Assembly: GCF_000025505.1 (NCBI RefSeq) | Contig: NC_013849.1 | Location: 900,001-932,000 of the forward strand | DNA length: 32,000 bases | Direction: 5' to 3' | DNA from: Ferroglobus placidus DSM 10642 | GTDB taxonomy: Archaea; Halobacteriota; Archaeoglobi; Archaeoglobales; Archaeoglobaceae | Shown: in pieces, positions 31,243 through 32,000 of the stretch | Layout: the number at the start of each line of letters is the position of its first letter | Numbering within the stretch: the stretch's first letter is position 1 | The notes under the pieces: generated by a model | The model's database searches: none | What the model was told of the DNA's origin: nothing | The model's input: the letters and a program-made list of their open reading frames with translations, nothing else | Made by a program: the position numbers and the translations under genes

Positions 31243-32000
31243 TTAATTTTGTAAATTAAAATACAAAAGCACAAGCTGGATTACATCTCCAAGTATTTCT
31301 TGCCTTACTGTTTGATCAGATGTAACAAAATAAGTAGATACAGCATTTATCACAGCATTAAGGACGTCTTGTCTTGTTGGGGAACTCGTTACCCAATCAA
31401 ATGCTAAGTTATATTTGCTGATTATTTGCTCTAAGGCATCATCAACACTATCTGGTATAGTTTCTCCTACAAAAACTTCTATAACTGTGTCCCCCCCGAT
31501 CGTCGTTGCAGAACCTCCCAATGTTTGATAAGTTCCAGAAAACACATACATTCCTTCAACAGAAGATGATTGAAGTATGTATGTTATCGTGAACCCATCT
31601 GCTGATGTTAAATCTGTCACCGTGAAAGTCAGTGTGTTTCCTGACTGCTGGAGATCTACATTGTCAGCTCCACTATAATTCCAGCTAATCAGTGTAAACC
31701 CAGAAGGAACATTCTCTACTATTTGCACTCCAATAGCTGAAACCGTAGACATTAGCGTTACTTGAAATGCCGAGTTTGGTTCGACCCAATCCGGGAGTAA
31801 CCTCATTACGCTTGCTCCCAAGGTTTGTGTGGATGTAGTAACAGTTAGCTGTTTTGAGGTTGTTGTTATAGAACCTTCGTTGTCAGTTACCGTTAAAGTT
31901 ACAACATATATTCCGGGTGCTGTGTAAGCATGAGTGACTACCATACCTGAAGCTGTTGAGCCATCTCCAAAGTCCCATTGATAATTTATTATATATCCAT
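31243..32000 (-). CDS. PKD-domain protein (5' end outside window) carrying a copy of the surface-protein N-terminal module
   Basis: The reading frame stays open upstream of the track Met at 31944. My translation of 31945-31998 gives 'GYIINYQWDFGDGSTASG', continuing into 'MVVTHAYTAPGIYVVTLTVTDNEGS'. That is a canonical PKD repeat (WDFGDG...Y...G.Y.V.L.V.D), so the gene is partial. Residues ~50-158 are homologous to the start of the 1045-aa protein. Confidence 0.8.
   Translation of the reverse strand, partial: GYIINYQWDFGDGSTASGMVVTHAYTAPGIYVVTLTVTDNEGSITTTSKQLTVTTSTQTLGASVMRLLPDWVEPNSAFQVTLMSTVSAIGVQIVENVPSGFTLISWNYSGADNVDLQQSGNTLTFTVTDLTSADGFTITYILQSSSVEGMYVFSGTYQTLGGSATTIGGDTVIEVFVGETIPDSVDDALEQIISKYNLAFDWVTSSPTRQDVLNAVINAVSTYFVTSDQTVRQEILGDVIQLVLLYFNLQN

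Overview
This is a gene-dense 32-kb window, about 90% coding, that looks like a hyperthermophilic euryarchaeon. My guess is an Archaeoglobales-like organism. That is an inference from the archaeal-type SAM synthetase, an Nre-like protein, a PGF-CTERM surface protein, K/E-rich proteins, TATA-box/leaderless promoter geometry, and many acyl-CoA paralogues. No rRNA, tRNA, CRISPR array, transposase or integrase was recognised.

Positions 1-20 kb form an acyl-CoA / 2-oxoacid catabolic island:
- a crotonase and an MFS transporter
- indolepyruvate:ferredoxin oxidoreductase, with iorA and iorB split onto opposite strands
- a fused 3-hydroxyacyl-CoA dehydrogenase/enoyl-CoA hydratase, a thiolase and its DUF35 partner
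- a tightly coupled module of AMP-forming CoA ligase, two 2-hydroxyacyl-CoA-dehydratase/benzoyl-CoA-reductase-family subunits, one HgdC/BcrAD-type ATPase activator, and a MenB/BadI-like crotonase with a C-terminal zinc ribbon
- a Liv-type ABC transporter (livKHM divergent from livGF plus a CBS protein)

Positions 20-24 kb carry a HAD-like/PfkB kinase pair, an Nre-like protein and archaeal metK.

Positions 24.2-27.8 kb are a more AT-rich toxin-antitoxin islet. It holds three tandem HEPN-MNT pairs (one HEPN truncated), about 500 bp of ORF-poor DNA, an RHH/UPF0175-PIN(DUF3368-like) pair and a PIN remnant. A fourth HEPN-MNT pair sits at 8.3-9.1 kb.

The 3' end encodes a 1036/1045-aa secreted, Thr/Pro-linker, PGF-CTERM surface (S-layer-like) protein. 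Next to it is a partial PKD-domain protein that shares a module of about 108 aa with it.

The most interesting candidates are:
- the single-ATPase HgdABC/BCR-like radical enzyme module of unknown substrate
- the TA islet
- the exactly centred palindrome between iorA and iorB
- the paired surface-protein module

All functional names come from motif recognition by eye. No searches were run.
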